In this document: one piece after another, positions 9,559 to 19,584 of the stretch
How positions within the stretch are numbered: the first letter of the stretch is position 1
How the letters are laid out: each line of letters starts with the position of its first letter
The notes under the pieces: generated by a model
Database searches by the model: none
What the model saw: only the letters and a program-made list of their open reading frames with translations
What the model was told of the DNA's origin: nothing
Assembly: GCA_965232515.1 (NCBI GenBank)
Contig: CBDDPY010000002.1
Coordinates: forward strand, 1,248,001 to 1,312,000
Direction of reading: 5' to 3'
Length of the DNA: 64,000 nt
Source of the DNA: Alphaproteobacteria bacterium
GTDB lineage: Bacteria; Pseudomonadota; Alphaproteobacteria; GCA-2731375
Position numbers and translations under genes: made by a program

Positions 9559-9918
9559 GCCGCGCCGGACGCCGTCAGCCAGGGTTCATGCGCATCGTCC
9601 CGACCGATCGTCTTGCCCGAGTGCCCGCCCCTACCTGCCAAAAACCCAGAAACGGCCATCTCGCCGCAATCCGTCGGCTTCAACCCAATCACCACGACAT
9701 GGTCAACGAATTGCAGCGCCATAATGATCGAAAAATGAGGCATGACAGGCACCCGGCGCATAAAAACAGGTCCTTTTGGCAGCCATGCTCATCAAAAGTT
9801 GTATTTTGCTACCCTGAGGTGGATACAACGCAATTCATAAATACCATTATTTAGTATTTTGGCTGCACTACAGGTCAGTGGCTTTATCTGACTGAGGGGG
9901 TCAGAATTTGGATATGGG

Positions 9919-10365
9919 ATGCCGAATGACACTGCTGACGCGAATTCCGTCCTGCAAATGCAGGTTTGCGAACGCTTGAAGGTCGACTTCGTCGGATCGC
10001 CCGCAGAAAACATGATCGGGCTCGGCGAACCATTCGACGCCGCATGCGGTTCGGTTCACGGATTGCGGCGGCAGATCAATGCAAATGAAACGGGCTGGTA
10101 CATCTGGACAGGCGATTACGTCCAGGAGGATGTCGGATTCTTCTACTTCGTTCGCGTGGAAGAATTCAGCTCGCTCTGTCCCGCCGCCGTGCCTTATCTC
10201 GGATTGGCGCCGGGTTGGCGCTTCACCATCAAACCCGGGAAACTGGATGTGAGGTTCGACCGCACATTGGTCAGCGGCGGCGATGCGAGTGCCAGCGACG
10301 GCCAACAGTCAGCCCTTGCGAACCAGAGCAACGCCCCGGCAGGACGCAGCCAAGCGACGACCTGA
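9919..10365 (+). CDS. Imm33-like immunity-domain protein (orphan)
   Basis: HGLR...TGWYIWTG...CP...PYLGLAPGWRF pattern recalled from Imm33-type proteins; AT-rich upstream region. Confidence 0.55.
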   Translation: MPNDTADANSVLQMQVCERLKVDFVGSPAENMIGLGEPFDAACGSVHGLRRQINANETGWYIWTGDYVQEDVGFFYFVRVEEFSSLCPAAVPYLGLAPGWRFTIKPGKLDVRFDRTLVSGGDASASDGQQSALANQSNAPAGRSQATT

Positions 10366-10367
10366 CA

Positions 10368-11015
10368 TCAGGCCCGAGGTTCGGGGAACCGCGGCCTGGT
10401 CTCGATGAATGCCGGTCGCGCTGAGATCGCCGTCCACCAGGTATTCAGCCGCTGGCGTTGCGCCAGCAGCGCCATGCCGCCGTCGTCGGTGGTGAAATAG
10501 GACATCATTGGCGCGAGGTGGATATCGGCGAGGGTGAGGGTGTCGCCGACCAGAAAATCACTGCCGCCGGCGAGGCGGTCGAGGGCGTCGAGGACGCGTG
10601 GGGCGGCGGCGAGGCCGTTTTCGTATTCGGCCCGGTCGGCGGGTTCGCCCATGCGGGCGGCGAAGACGCCGTGGGAGAAGACCTGTCGGACCAGCGGCCA
10701 ATAGACGTAGCTGTCGACGATCGAGAGGATCTGGCTGACGCGGGCTCTCGCTTCGGGCGCGGCCGGTTGCAGCGCCAGGCCGTCGAACTTGTCGTCGAGA
10801 TAGCGGGTGATGGCGCCGGTCTCGTAAAGCACGAAATCTCCATCGACCAGCGTCGGCACGCGACAGAAGGGGTGCAGGGCGAGATAGGCCGCCGGCACAT
10901 CTTCGGCGAACGGGTTCACCTCGACCCAGGCATAGTCGACGCCCTTTTCGCGAAGCGCGAAGCGGGCGATCCAGGCGTAGACGCTGTACTTGAAGCCGTG
11001 GAGTTCGAGCGGCAT
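10368..11015 (-). CDS. Glutathione S-transferase family protein
   Basis: HPFCRVPTLVDGDFVLYETGAI, FLVGDTLTLADI; start at MPLELHG (11015). Confidence 0.9.
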   Translation of the reverse strand: MPLELHGFKYSVYAWIARFALREKGVDYAWVEVNPFAEDVPAAYLALHPFCRVPTLVDGDFVLYETGAITRYLDDKFDGLALQPAAPEARARVSQILSIVDSYVYWPLVRQVFSHGVFAARMGEPADRAEYENGLAAAPRVLDALDRLAGGSDFLVGDTLTLADIHLAPMMSYFTTDDGGMALLAQRQRLNTWWTAISARPAFIETRPRFPEPRA

Positions 11016-11046
11016 GGCGCGGCTCCTTCCTGTCGTGCGGTCGAGG

Positions 11047-12564
11047 TCAATCGCTCGGGATACGCCGGCCTTCCTGGTCGAGGACGGCGATGGTCTTGTC
11101 GTAGAGCTGTTTCGCCGCGTCAACGGAATCGGCGACACACAGCACGCCGAGCTTGCCGAACTCGGACAGCGCGCCGATCAGGTGGAAGACCACGCCCTGC
11201 TGGCTGGCGCCGTGGAAATGCAGCCGGTTCTCGACCGCGATGTCGATCAGGTCTTCCGGGGTCAGGCCCTCGTAGTGCGGCGCTTCCAGGTTGTCGGACG
11301 CATAGTAGAAGCAGGGCCGGCCGGCCGGCGTGTAATAGAGGCCGGTGGCCGGATCGTAGCGGCCGTCGGTCAGGAACTGCAGCATCAGGAAGGGATGCGT
11401 CGTGCCGCCCTTGCGCAAGTTGACCTCGAGCGCGTAGTGGCGCCAGCGATCCTGCTCGCGCACGGAGACGAAGTCGATGGCGAAGCGGCCGAGCACGCCG
11501 CGCTGGCGCAGCACCTCGGCCGCCTTCATGCCCTCGGCCTGGATCTCGAGGCGATAGGCCGCGTCGGCGGGGAAACGGCAGCCGAGGAAGATCTGGCCGG
11601 AATTGCCGCCGGTGACCTGATCGTGGGTCGAGATCACCTCGAGACCGCCCAGCGGATCGATGCGGAACTGCGCCGACGGCGACTGCTTGTCGGCGCCTTC
11701 GACGAAACTCTCGACGATGCCGCCCATCTCGCCGATCTTGGCCTCAAAGGCGGGCCAGGTCATGTCACGCGCCTCGAAGGCGAGCTTGGGCAGGCGCGCG
11801 GCGATCCAGGACTTGAGCCCGGCGCCCGTGGGCGCGTCGTCATCAAATGCGAAGATCGCGTTGCCCTCGCCGGAGAACCCCTCGTTCAGCTTGACGACGG
11901 CGCGCCGCAATGCCGGCGTCCGGCCTTTCAGCTCGGCCAGCGCGTCGGCGATCTGATTGGCGTCGGCGAGATTTTCGTAGCCTTCCGGCATGGCGACGCC
12001 GGCCTCGCGGAAAATTTCGCGCGAGCCGCTCTTCGAGCCGAGCGGCAGCAGGTCGGGATCGCAGCCATAGATCGGGATGCCAAGGCGAACGGCCAGGCGG
12101 CGTTCCAGGTCCGAGACATTGAAGCAGGTGATGTGCGCGCTGTCGGGATCGCCGATGGCCTCGCGAATGCGCGCGATCAGGCGCGGCCGGGCGAGGATCT
12201 TCGCCGTCAGCGGCGCGGGCCCGCCGTCATGGCAACACAGCAGGGTCAGGCGGCGACGGGCATGGTCGCGCGGGATGCCCGGCAGCAGGTGCAGGTAATA
12301 ATCGACAATGGCCTCGGGGATCGGCGCGCTGCTGACATAGACGATGCGGGTGCGCGGCATGCGCAACAGCATCAGCAGGCAGAGCATGCGTTCCTCGTAA
12401 TGGGTGACGCCGGAGATCTTGGCCATGACCTCCTGGTCGAGCGTCAGGCTCGGCAGAATCACCACCGTGCGCGGCGCGGCTTCGTCGGGAAAGACGCGGC
12501 GAAACTGTTCCGCCAGGCGCGCTTGCAACTGCCGGAAACGTTCGGCTTCGGCCGCGGGGATCAT
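11047..12564 (-). CDS. ATP-grasp peptide ligase PGM1-related protein
   Basis: HYEERMLCLL, LGSKSGSR, VVKLNEGFSGEGNA, EVNLRKGGTTHP, YYASDNL motifs. Confidence 0.8.
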   Translation of the reverse strand: MIPAAEAERFRQLQARLAEQFRRVFPDEAAPRTVVILPSLTLDQEVMAKISGVTHYEERMLCLLMLLRMPRTRIVYVSSAPIPEAIVDYYLHLLPGIPRDHARRRLTLLCCHDGGPAPLTAKILARPRLIARIREAIGDPDSAHITCFNVSDLERRLAVRLGIPIYGCDPDLLPLGSKSGSREIFREAGVAMPEGYENLADANQIADALAELKGRTPALRRAVVKLNEGFSGEGNAIFAFDDDAPTGAGLKSWIAARLPKLAFEARDMTWPAFEAKIGEMGGIVESFVEGADKQSPSAQFRIDPLGGLEVISTHDQVTGGNSGQIFLGCRFPADAAYRLEIQAEGMKAAEVLRQRGVLGRFAIDFVSVREQDRWRHYALEVNLRKGGTTHPFLMLQFLTDGRYDPATGLYYTPAGRPCFYYASDNLEAPHYEGLTPEDLIDIAVENRLHFHGASQQGVVFHLIGALSEFGKLGVLCVADSVDAAKQLYDKTIAVLDQEGRRIPSD

Positions 12565-14174
12565 TCCTTCAGGCCGGCTTTGCGCAGGCCGTCCAGGATG
12601 TGTTCGAGATCATCGGGCGCGGCGTTCCATTTCCGCAATTCGTCGCGGGCGGAGAATTCGGGCTTGAGTTCGTAGATCCGGGCGAACGAGACGCCGGCCT
12701 CGGGCCGTCCGAGCTGGCCAAGCGCGGCCGCCTCCAAAAGGCGGGTCCAATAGAAGTTCGGCAGGCTGATCCGCTGCAGGTCGGCCAGCGTGGCTTCGTA
12801 GTCGCGGGCGTTGAAGTGATAGCGGGCGAAGCTGAAATGGTACCAGCCGGGGTGCAGCGGGTTCAGTTGTTGCGCCCGCCGGGACAGCTCGACGCCGCGT
12901 TCGAACTCGCCCATGAAGGCCAGGTAGTGACCGATGTCGGCGAGCGTTTCGGGATCGTTGGGATTGAGGGCGAGGGCGCGCTCGGCCTCGACCTCGAACT
13001 TGTCGTTTTCGCCGCGAAAGAAATGCACGATCGCCAGCCAGCAATGGGCATAGGCGTTCTGCGGATCGAGCCGGATGGCGGCCTGGGCCATGTTCAAGGC
13101 GCGGCCGATCGGATCGGGACGCGGATTCATATCGAAGCGGTGCTCGGCCAGATAGACATTGGCCAAAAGCGCATGCGCATCGGCATAGTTGGGATCGAGC
13201 TTGACGGCCTGCTCGAGCAGGTCCCGCGCCTCGGCGTGCATCTCGGCGCTGAGCAGCGCGGTGTAGGGCCGCGCGCGCAGCACGCAATCATAGGCGTCGA
13301 GCTCGGCCGGCCGCTTCCTGAGCGCCCGCGACAGCCCGGCATCCTGCAACTTCACGCCAAGCGTCGCCGCGATGGTCTGGGTCACCTCGTCCTGGAGCGC
13401 GAAGATATCCTCCATCTCGCGGTCGTAGTGCTCGGCCCACAGGGACACGCCCGTCGCCGCGTCGGTCAGCTGCGCGGTGATCCGCACGCGGCCGCCGGCG
13501 CGCCGCACGCTGCCTTCGACGACATATCCGGCATTCAGGTCGGTCGCGAGCTGCGGCGCCGCGACGGCGCGGCCCTTGTACCGGAACGTCGAGCGGCGGC
13601 CGATGACATGCAGGTCGCGGAACCGCGACAGGTTGGTGATGATGTCCTCGCTCAAACCGTCGGCGAAATACTCGTCGACATCGGCGCTGAGATTCTCGAA
13701 CGGCAGAACCGCCAAGACGGGTTTCTCGGACACGGCCGCGCGCTGCCCGGAAGCGGCCGGCCGCCGCCTGGCATCGAGCGGGACGACGGTGGCACCGGCG
13801 TCGTCATCGTCATCGTTTGCCGCAATTCTGGGACGGGCCGGCCGATCGTCCGGCGCCGGCTCGTCCGCCATCGACACATCGCCGACAAACCTGAAGCCGC
13901 GGCGTTGCACGGTGCGGATCACGGACTGGGCCTCGCCGGTGTCGCCGACCGCGCGCCGGGCCGCGGACACCCGGCTGCTCAAGGTTGCCTCCGAGACGAT
14001 GCGGCCCTGCCAGACGGCGGCGATCAGATCGTCTTTTGAGACGACCTGGTCGCGATGCTCGATCAGATACTGCAGCAGGCTGAACACCTGGGGCTCGATC
14101 GCCACGGCGTCACCGTCGCGCCGCAACTCGTAAACCGTGGTGTCGAGCGTGAAGCTGCCGAAGCGATAGATCAT
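12561..14174 (-). CDS. Winged-helix (Trans_reg_C/CadC-like) regulator with TolB-like and TPR domains
   Basis: YRFGSFTLD...IRTVQRRGFRF wHTH, LAVLPFENLS domain, TPR repeats (LDPNYADAHA, LNPNDP). Confidence 0.88.
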   Translation of the reverse strand: MIYRFGSFTLDTTVYELRRDGDAVAIEPQVFSLLQYLIEHRDQVVSKDDLIAAVWQGRIVSEATLSSRVSAARRAVGDTGEAQSVIRTVQRRGFRFVGDVSMADEPAPDDRPARPRIAANDDDDDAGATVVPLDARRRPAASGQRAAVSEKPVLAVLPFENLSADVDEYFADGLSEDIITNLSRFRDLHVIGRRSTFRYKGRAVAAPQLATDLNAGYVVEGSVRRAGGRVRITAQLTDAATGVSLWAEHYDREMEDIFALQDEVTQTIAATLGVKLQDAGLSRALRKRPAELDAYDCVLRARPYTALLSAEMHAEARDLLEQAVKLDPNYADAHALLANVYLAEHRFDMNPRPDPIGRALNMAQAAIRLDPQNAYAHCWLAIVHFFRGENDKFEVEAERALALNPNDPETLADIGHYLAFMGEFERGVELSRRAQQLNPLHPGWYHFSFARYHFNARDYEATLADLQRISLPNFYWTRLLEAAALGQLGRPEAGVSFARIYELKPEFSARDELRKWNAAPDDLEHILDGLRKAGLKE

Positions 14175-14200
14175 TCAAGCCTACTCAGATGCCGGCCAAT

Positions 14201-14244
14201 CCCAGCGGAAACTCCAGGTCATCTCAAGCTGACCTCCAAGCAAT
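14201..14244. promoter_or_regulatory. Tandem direct repeats at 11-bp spacing, candidate wHTH binding site
   Basis: CTCCAG (14212), CTCAAG (14223), CTCCAA (14234), with weaker CCCAG (14201), between the divergent regulator and DUF1326 genes. Confidence 0.45.
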
Positions 14245-14410
14245 GCCGATCCGGCTCCCCTACAATCGCGAATACTAATCGGCGATGCGGGCGTTGGAAC
14301 AGTCAATCCTGAGGCCCGCCATGTCGGACGGCCGGCCGCCAACGCGGCGGATCGGGCCGAGGCCGCGTTTTTCAGGCCGTGGAACGAAGCAATCAGACGA
14401 GGAGACGGAT

Positions 14411-15010
14411 ATGTCGTGGCGCCTGAAGGGAACCTATTTCGAGAGCTGCAACTGCGATGTCGCCTGTCCTTGCGTGTTTCTCAGCCCGCCGACGGACGGC
14501 GACTGCACGGTGCTGGTCGGCTGGCATATCGATGAGGGCGCGGACGGCGAGGTCGCGCTGAACGACCTGAATGTCGCCCTGGCGGTGCATTCGCCCGGCC
14601 ATATGATGACGACGAAATGGACGGCCGCCGCCTATGTCGATGCCCGCGCGAGCGGGGACCAGCAGAACGCCCTGTTGAAGATCTTCGGCGGCCAGGCCGG
14701 CGGGCACCCGGCGAGACTGGCGAGCCATATCGGCGAACTGGTCGGCGCGCGGCCGGCGCCGATCACGTTCGAGGCCGACGGCGGCACCTACAGCCTGAAG
14801 ATCGACGATGTCGCCGAGGTTAAAGTCACTCAGATGGCCGGGCAGGGGGAGGGGCCGATTACCGTCACCGGCCACCCGTTGTGCATCTCGACCGGATTCC
14901 CGGCGACCGTCGCGAAGTCGACATCGCTGACCTACAACGATCACGGCATGTCCTGGAACCTGTCGGACAAGACCGGCTTTTTCGCGCCGTTCGCCTATGC
15001 CAGCGACTAA
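14411..15010 (+). CDS. DUF1326 domain protein
   Basis: WRLKGTYFESCNCDVACPC signature; RBS GAGGAG before ATG 14411. Confidence 0.85.
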   Translation: MSWRLKGTYFESCNCDVACPCVFLSPPTDGDCTVLVGWHIDEGADGEVALNDLNVALAVHSPGHMMTTKWTAAAYVDARASGDQQNALLKIFGGQAGGHPARLASHIGELVGARPAPITFEADGGTYSLKIDDVAEVKVTQMAGQGEGPITVTGHPLCISTGFPATVAKSTSLTYNDHGMSWNLSDKTGFFAPFAYASD

Positions 15011-15034
15011 TTGGGCCATTCGGGGACCGGCGCG

Positions 15035-15799
15035 ATGACGATCGCCTTCGCCGACCGGCGGCTGTCCGTTCCGGAACGGCTGGCGCTCTATGCCGGGCTC
15101 GGCACCGTCGGCCTCGGCGCGTGGGGTTATCTGGCATTGATGATGCGGGACATGTCGGCGATGGCCGGCATGCCGCCGATGGCGGTCAGCCCCGCTTACG
15201 TCGCCGGCCTGTTCGTGATGTGGCTGGTGATGCAGGCGGCGATGATGTTGCCGTCGGCCGTGCCGATGATCCAGACCTATGGCCGCATGCAGGCGGCGGG
15301 CGCGACCGGCCCGCGTCTGGCGCTCCACGTCGCATTGTTCAGCGGCGGCTATCTCGCGGCCTGGTCGGCGTTCAGCCTTGGCGCGGCACTGCTGCAGGCC
15401 GGATTGGTCGCGACCGATCTGCTGGGGCATATGGGCATGCGGGTGACGTCAGGGCCGCTGGCCGGCGGCATCCTGATCGGCGCCGGCCTGTATCAGTGGC
15501 TGCCGCTGAAACATGCCTGCCTGCGCCGCTGCCGGACGCCGATCGGTTTCCTGATGACCGAATGGCGCGACGGGCCTTTGGGCGCGTTCAACATGGGCGT
15601 CCGGCACGGCCTGTTCTGCATCGGCTGCTGCTGGGCGCTGATGTGCCTGCTGTTCGCGTTCGGCGTCATGAACGCCATCTGGATCGCGGTCATCACGGTC
15701 TACGTCATCGTCGAAAAGATCGCGCCGTTCGGCGAGGTCCTGACCAGACTGGTCGGTGCTGGACTGGTGCTTTGGGGCGCGGTGCTGTTGTTTGCCTGA
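15035..15799 (+). CDS. DUF2182 predicted metal-binding membrane protein
   Basis: MWLVMQAAMMLPS, YQWLPLKHACLRRCR, CIGCCWALM motifs. Confidence 0.88.
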   Translation: MTIAFADRRLSVPERLALYAGLGTVGLGAWGYLALMMRDMSAMAGMPPMAVSPAYVAGLFVMWLVMQAAMMLPSAVPMIQTYGRMQAAGATGPRLALHVALFSGGYLAAWSAFSLGAALLQAGLVATDLLGHMGMRVTSGPLAGGILIGAGLYQWLPLKHACLRRCRTPIGFLMTEWRDGPLGAFNMGVRHGLFCIGCCWALMCLLFAFGVMNAIWIAVITVYVIVEKIAPFGEVLTRLVGAGLVLWGAVLLFA

Positions 15800-15883
15800 C
15801 CGGCGGCTGGTCCAAGAGGCCATAATGTCGCCGCGATCCGCGTGCAGAACCATCCGCATCGTAAACGTCGAGCGGTGACGCGA

Positions 15884-16885
15884 ATGGCGATGCTGAACAG
15901 GCTCGCGGCCGGATGCCTGATCCTTGCCGGCCTCCACCTGACGCCGGCGGCCGGCAACGCCCAAACCGACGCGGTCGCCGGCCTGGCGGATGGCCGGGTC
16001 GGCGCGATCGCGTTTCGCAGTCTGGCCCGCGACGGGGCCACGGTAACGGGCACGCTGACCCTGCCCGCAGGCGCGGCCGGCCCGGTCGCCGCCATGCTGA
16101 TTGTGCACGGCAGCGCCGGCGTTCGCGACGTCCGGGAGGGCCGCTATGCGCGCCGGCTGGGCGATGCCGGCTATGCGACTTTCGTACTCGACAGCTTCGG
16201 CCCGCGGCGGGTGCGCTCGACGACCGAGGACCAGACCCGGGTGTCGACCAGCACGATGATCGGCGACGCCTTCGCGGCCCTCGACCTGCTGGCGACGCAT
16301 CCCGCCCTCGATACCGCGCGCATCGGCGTGATCGGGTTTTCCAAGGGCGGCACCGTCGCGCTGAACGCCAGCTTCGGCCCTTACCGGCGCCGGTTCTCCG
16401 GCGACGGCGACCGCCGGTTCGCCGTCCATGTCGCGGTCTATCCCTGGTGCAATCTGCAGTTCCGGCGGATCGATTCCAGCGGCGCGCCGCTGCTGTTCCT
16501 ACTCGGCGCCGACGACAACTACACGCCGGCGCAGCCATGTCTGGACTATGCCGATCGGCTGCGAAGCGCGGGCGGCGACATCACGGTCGAGGTCTACCCC
16601 AACGCCCACCACGGCTTCGACGGTCCGGACGGCCGCCCGCCGCGCCGGCTGAGTCGGGCGATGAACTACGGCGCCTGCTTCGCCGGGCTGGCCGACGATA
16701 CCCGGCTGATCCACCCGGACACCGGCGCCGTCATGCAGACCGCGGCCGAGACACGGGCGCATTTCAAACGATGCGTCAGCCGCGGCGCCACGGTCGGCGT
16801 CAACCCGGCCGCCAAGCGACAGTCCATGCACGACCTGCTGGCCTATCTGGCGCGTGTCATGCCGTCGACGCCGAACGCGCGCTGA
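15884..16885 (+). CDS. Secreted dienelactone hydrolase family protein
   Basis: Signal peptide, VHGSAG, GFSKGG, ADDNYTP, HHGFD; exact start uncertain. Confidence 0.82.
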   Translation: MAMLNRLAAGCLILAGLHLTPAAGNAQTDAVAGLADGRVGAIAFRSLARDGATVTGTLTLPAGAAGPVAAMLIVHGSAGVRDVREGRYARRLGDAGYATFVLDSFGPRRVRSTTEDQTRVSTSTMIGDAFAALDLLATHPALDTARIGVIGFSKGGTVALNASFGPYRRRFSGDGDRRFAVHVAVYPWCNLQFRRIDSSGAPLLFLLGADDNYTPAQPCLDYADRLRSAGGDITVEVYPNAHHGFDGPDGRPPRRLSRAMNYGACFAGLADDTRLIHPDTGAVMQTAAETRAHFKRCVSRGATVGVNPAAKRQSMHDLLAYLARVMPSTPNAR

Positions 16886-16899
16886 AGCTGGCCGGTCGG

Positions 16900-17457
16900 T
16901 CAGCCGTCGGCGGGCGACTGACCGATCTGCTGGGCGAGGAAGAGCGTTCGCGCCTCTTTGGTCTTCAGCAGCTGCAGATAGGCCGGATCCTGTTGCATCG
17001 CCTGTTCGTCGAGCATCGCGCGCGGCCGTTCCAGGGCGTTGTACTGTCGTTGCGTGAGGGCGGTGGAGGATATGACCACCTCGCCGCCGAGCGATCGGGC
17101 AATTAGTGCCGCCCGCGCCTGCGCCAGAACCGGCCCGGTCTGGCCATCGATCATGCCGGGCAGCGTGTTGCCGATCTGCGAAGCCAGCGCGTTCGACATG
17201 CTGGCAAAGCCGTTGTTGTCGATCTCGGCGACCGTCTTGCCGTCGACCTGCACGGTGGCGAAATTCGCGTAGGCGGGATTCCCCGATGTGTCGGCCGGCT
17301 GCGAGTGCCGGAGTTTGAGAAACGCCTCCTGGGACTGGACGAACCGCCGGTAAACACCTTCCGGCGCCTCATGAATGCCGATCATCTTCAGCTTGTTGCT
17401 GTCGATCGGCGTCACGCCGGGATGATTGAGCGGAATGCCGGCTGCGATGGACGTCAT
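16900..17457 (-). CDS. Hypothetical protein
   Basis: 185 aa from ATG 17457 (MTSIAAG...), protein-like composition (FATVQVDGKTVAEIDNNG); the track's longer ORF overlaps the HNH gene. Confidence 0.65.
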   Translation of the reverse strand: MTSIAAGIPLNHPGVTPIDSNKLKMIGIHEAPEGVYRRFVQSQEAFLKLRHSQPADTSGNPAYANFATVQVDGKTVAEIDNNGFASMSNALASQIGNTLPGMIDGQTGPVLAQARAALIARSLGGEVVISSTALTQRQYNALERPRAMLDEQAMQQDPAYLQLLKTKEARTLFLAQQIGQSPADG

Positions 17458-17574
17458 CTGACTACCCCCAATTTGAAAAGCGTACGATCGACGAAGCAAG
17501 CCGCGTACCAGTTGAGTGCAGTTAGGCCTTGTCAAGACTATCGGCAGGTGTCCCGGAACGGTATCGTCCCGGCC

Positions 17575-18474
17575 ATGGCCCATGGGGTTTTCATTCACCG
17601 CCCGGACTCGATCTATGACGACGTTCCGTCGGAGCGGTACCAGTTCCCGCCGCAGTATCTGAAGCGCGCCCAGACTTTCGTGGGAGACTGGATCGTTTAT
17701 TACGAGCCCCGCAAGGTCGCCGCCACGCGGGGTTACTTCGCGGTGGCCAAGGTTCAGGACATTATCCCCGATCCGACCATTCCTAAGATGTTCCTCGCCA
17801 TTATCGAGCCGGGAAGCTATCTGGATTTCGGAAGCCCGGTTCCGCTTCGAGGCCCCGATGGTGTCCGCGAACGTGGCATCTTGACAAGTGACGGCCGTAT
17901 GTCTGGACGCGCGCAGGCCGCAGTGCGACCGCTTTCTGGTGATGACTTCGACCGGATTCTGGCGCTTGGCCTTCTGACGGAAGACCCGACGTTCCCGCGG
18001 ACGGAAGTGCCGAAGCTCGCCCCGGGCTTCGAGGAGCCGCAAGCGCCGCTCCAATTGTCAGACGAGCGACGCCGGGCCGAGTATCTCGGTTCACGCCTCG
18101 TGCGTGATCGCAACTTCAGAGGGATCGTTCTCAAGGCTTATGGCAAACGCTGTGCCGTTACTGGACTGAGATTGATCAACGGTAGCGGGCGTGCCGAGGT
18201 GGAGGCGGCGCATATCCAGCCGGTTGAAGCAAAGGGACCAGACCTGCTTGCGAATGGTATGGCGCTTTCGGGCACGGCACACTGGATGTTCGACCGCGGC
18301 CTGATCAGCGTTGCCGACGATCTGAAAATCCTCGTCTCACGGCAGGTAAACGACCCTGACGCCGTTCATTCCATGATGAACGACAGCGGCTACATCATCG
18401 CGCCGCAACGGCCCACCGATCATCCGCATCCGCGTTTTCTTCGCTGGCACAGAGAGAACTGCTTCAAGTGCTGA
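17575..18474 (+). CDS. HNH endonuclease (putative restriction endonuclease) with separate N-terminal domain
   Basis: RDRNFR...AYGKRCAVTG...VEAAHI...NGMALSGTAHWMFDRG...FLRWHRE (HNH_2-type). Confidence 0.85.
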   Translation: MAHGVFIHRPDSIYDDVPSERYQFPPQYLKRAQTFVGDWIVYYEPRKVAATRGYFAVAKVQDIIPDPTIPKMFLAIIEPGSYLDFGSPVPLRGPDGVRERGILTSDGRMSGRAQAAVRPLSGDDFDRILALGLLTEDPTFPRTEVPKLAPGFEEPQAPLQLSDERRRAEYLGSRLVRDRNFRGIVLKAYGKRCAVTGLRLINGSGRAEVEAAHIQPVEAKGPDLLANGMALSGTAHWMFDRGLISVADDLKILVSRQVNDPDAVHSMMNDSGYIIAPQRPTDHPHPRFLRWHRENCFKC

Positions 18475-18565
18475 GCGCGAACTCTCTTTTTATGCGTTCG
18501 CGCCGTCCCCAAGCTCCGCCACACGCTCAAGCCACCTACCAGTTGGCCGGGGGCAATCCGTCCCG

Positions 18566-19420
18566 TTACGACTTGCAGATCGGCACGTAGATGTCGATTT
18601 CGCCGCGCATGGTCGCGGGGTCGAAGCGGTCGTCGTAGTACTCGAAGTCGGGCGTGCGGGCGAAGCTGTAGCCGGAGGCCGGCAGCCAGGTTCGCCAGAT
18701 GTAGCGGTTGGCGCGGCCGAGCTCCTGGCCGATCGGCGCCTTGCCGGTGATCGGCACGGTGAAGACGGCATAGGTCTGCGGGGCGATGTCGTAGCCGCTC
18801 AAGCCATCGGGCACGGTCTCGAGATTTTCGACCTCCACGGCGGCGGCGTAGGTGAAGCTGTCGTCCTCCATGCCGATGCAGAGGCCGAAACTGTGATCGC
18901 CGACAACCGATGCGATCTCGCTGTAGCGCGGTCGGAACGCGCGCCACAGATCCGGGATGCGGTCGTTGTTGGATTCATTGAATTCGCCGGCCAGGCCGAC
19001 GGCCTTGAAGCCGGGTTTCTCGATGATGCGTGGTTCCATGTCGCGTACGGTCTCCTCCAATTGCAGGTCATCCGCCGTGATGGCGGGGCGGTAGGCCCAT
19101 TGCCGCGCACGGCGGGATTTGCGGTAGGCGCCGGGCGGCACGCCGAACTGGCGCTTGAAGGCGCGTGAGAAGGCGGCCTGGCTGTCGAAGCCGTAGGTCA
19201 CCGCCAGCTCGATCACCCGGTCGTCGCGGTGCAGCAGGCGCCGGGCGGCTTCGGTCAGACGGCGACGGCGGATATAGGTCGTCACCGTCTCGCCGGTGAG
19301 CGCGCGGAACATGCGGCTGAAGTGATAGCTCGACAGGCCGGCGGCGCGGGCGACCAGCGACAGCGATAACTCGTCCGTCAGCCGCGCCTCAATGAAATCG
19401 ATCGCCCGCAACAGCTTCAT
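18566..19420 (-). CDS. AraC family regulator with GyrI-like effector domain
   Basis: AraC HTH (GFDSQAAFSRAFKRQFG) plus C-terminal WLPASGY...DFEYYD...IYVPI. Confidence 0.92.
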   Translation of the reverse strand: MKLLRAIDFIEARLTDELSLSLVARAAGLSSYHFSRMFRALTGETVTTYIRRRRLTEAARRLLHRDDRVIELAVTYGFDSQAAFSRAFKRQFGVPPGAYRKSRRARQWAYRPAITADDLQLEETVRDMEPRIIEKPGFKAVGLAGEFNESNNDRIPDLWRAFRPRYSEIASVVGDHSFGLCIGMEDDSFTYAAAVEVENLETVPDGLSGYDIAPQTYAVFTVPITGKAPIGQELGRANRYIWRTWLPASGYSFARTPDFEYYDDRFDPATMRGEIDIYVPICKS

Positions 19421-19584
19421 CCACCGCCTCCTTGGAGCCGCAGATTAGCAATTGCACTCGCGGTGGTTTTGATCCGGTTTGCGGCCGGGATGGCGGGTCG
19501 CTTGTGGCCGACTTCACAGGCCGTGCCGCGGATCGGATGCAGGCTTATGCTGGTCATCTTTCGATCAAATGGGAGCGTTGAACG

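Noticed and set aside
16900-18054. 384-aa version of the minus-strand ORF and the 17305 start for the HNH gene
   Set aside because: The extensions overlap each other; divergent starts at 17457 and 17575 resolve this
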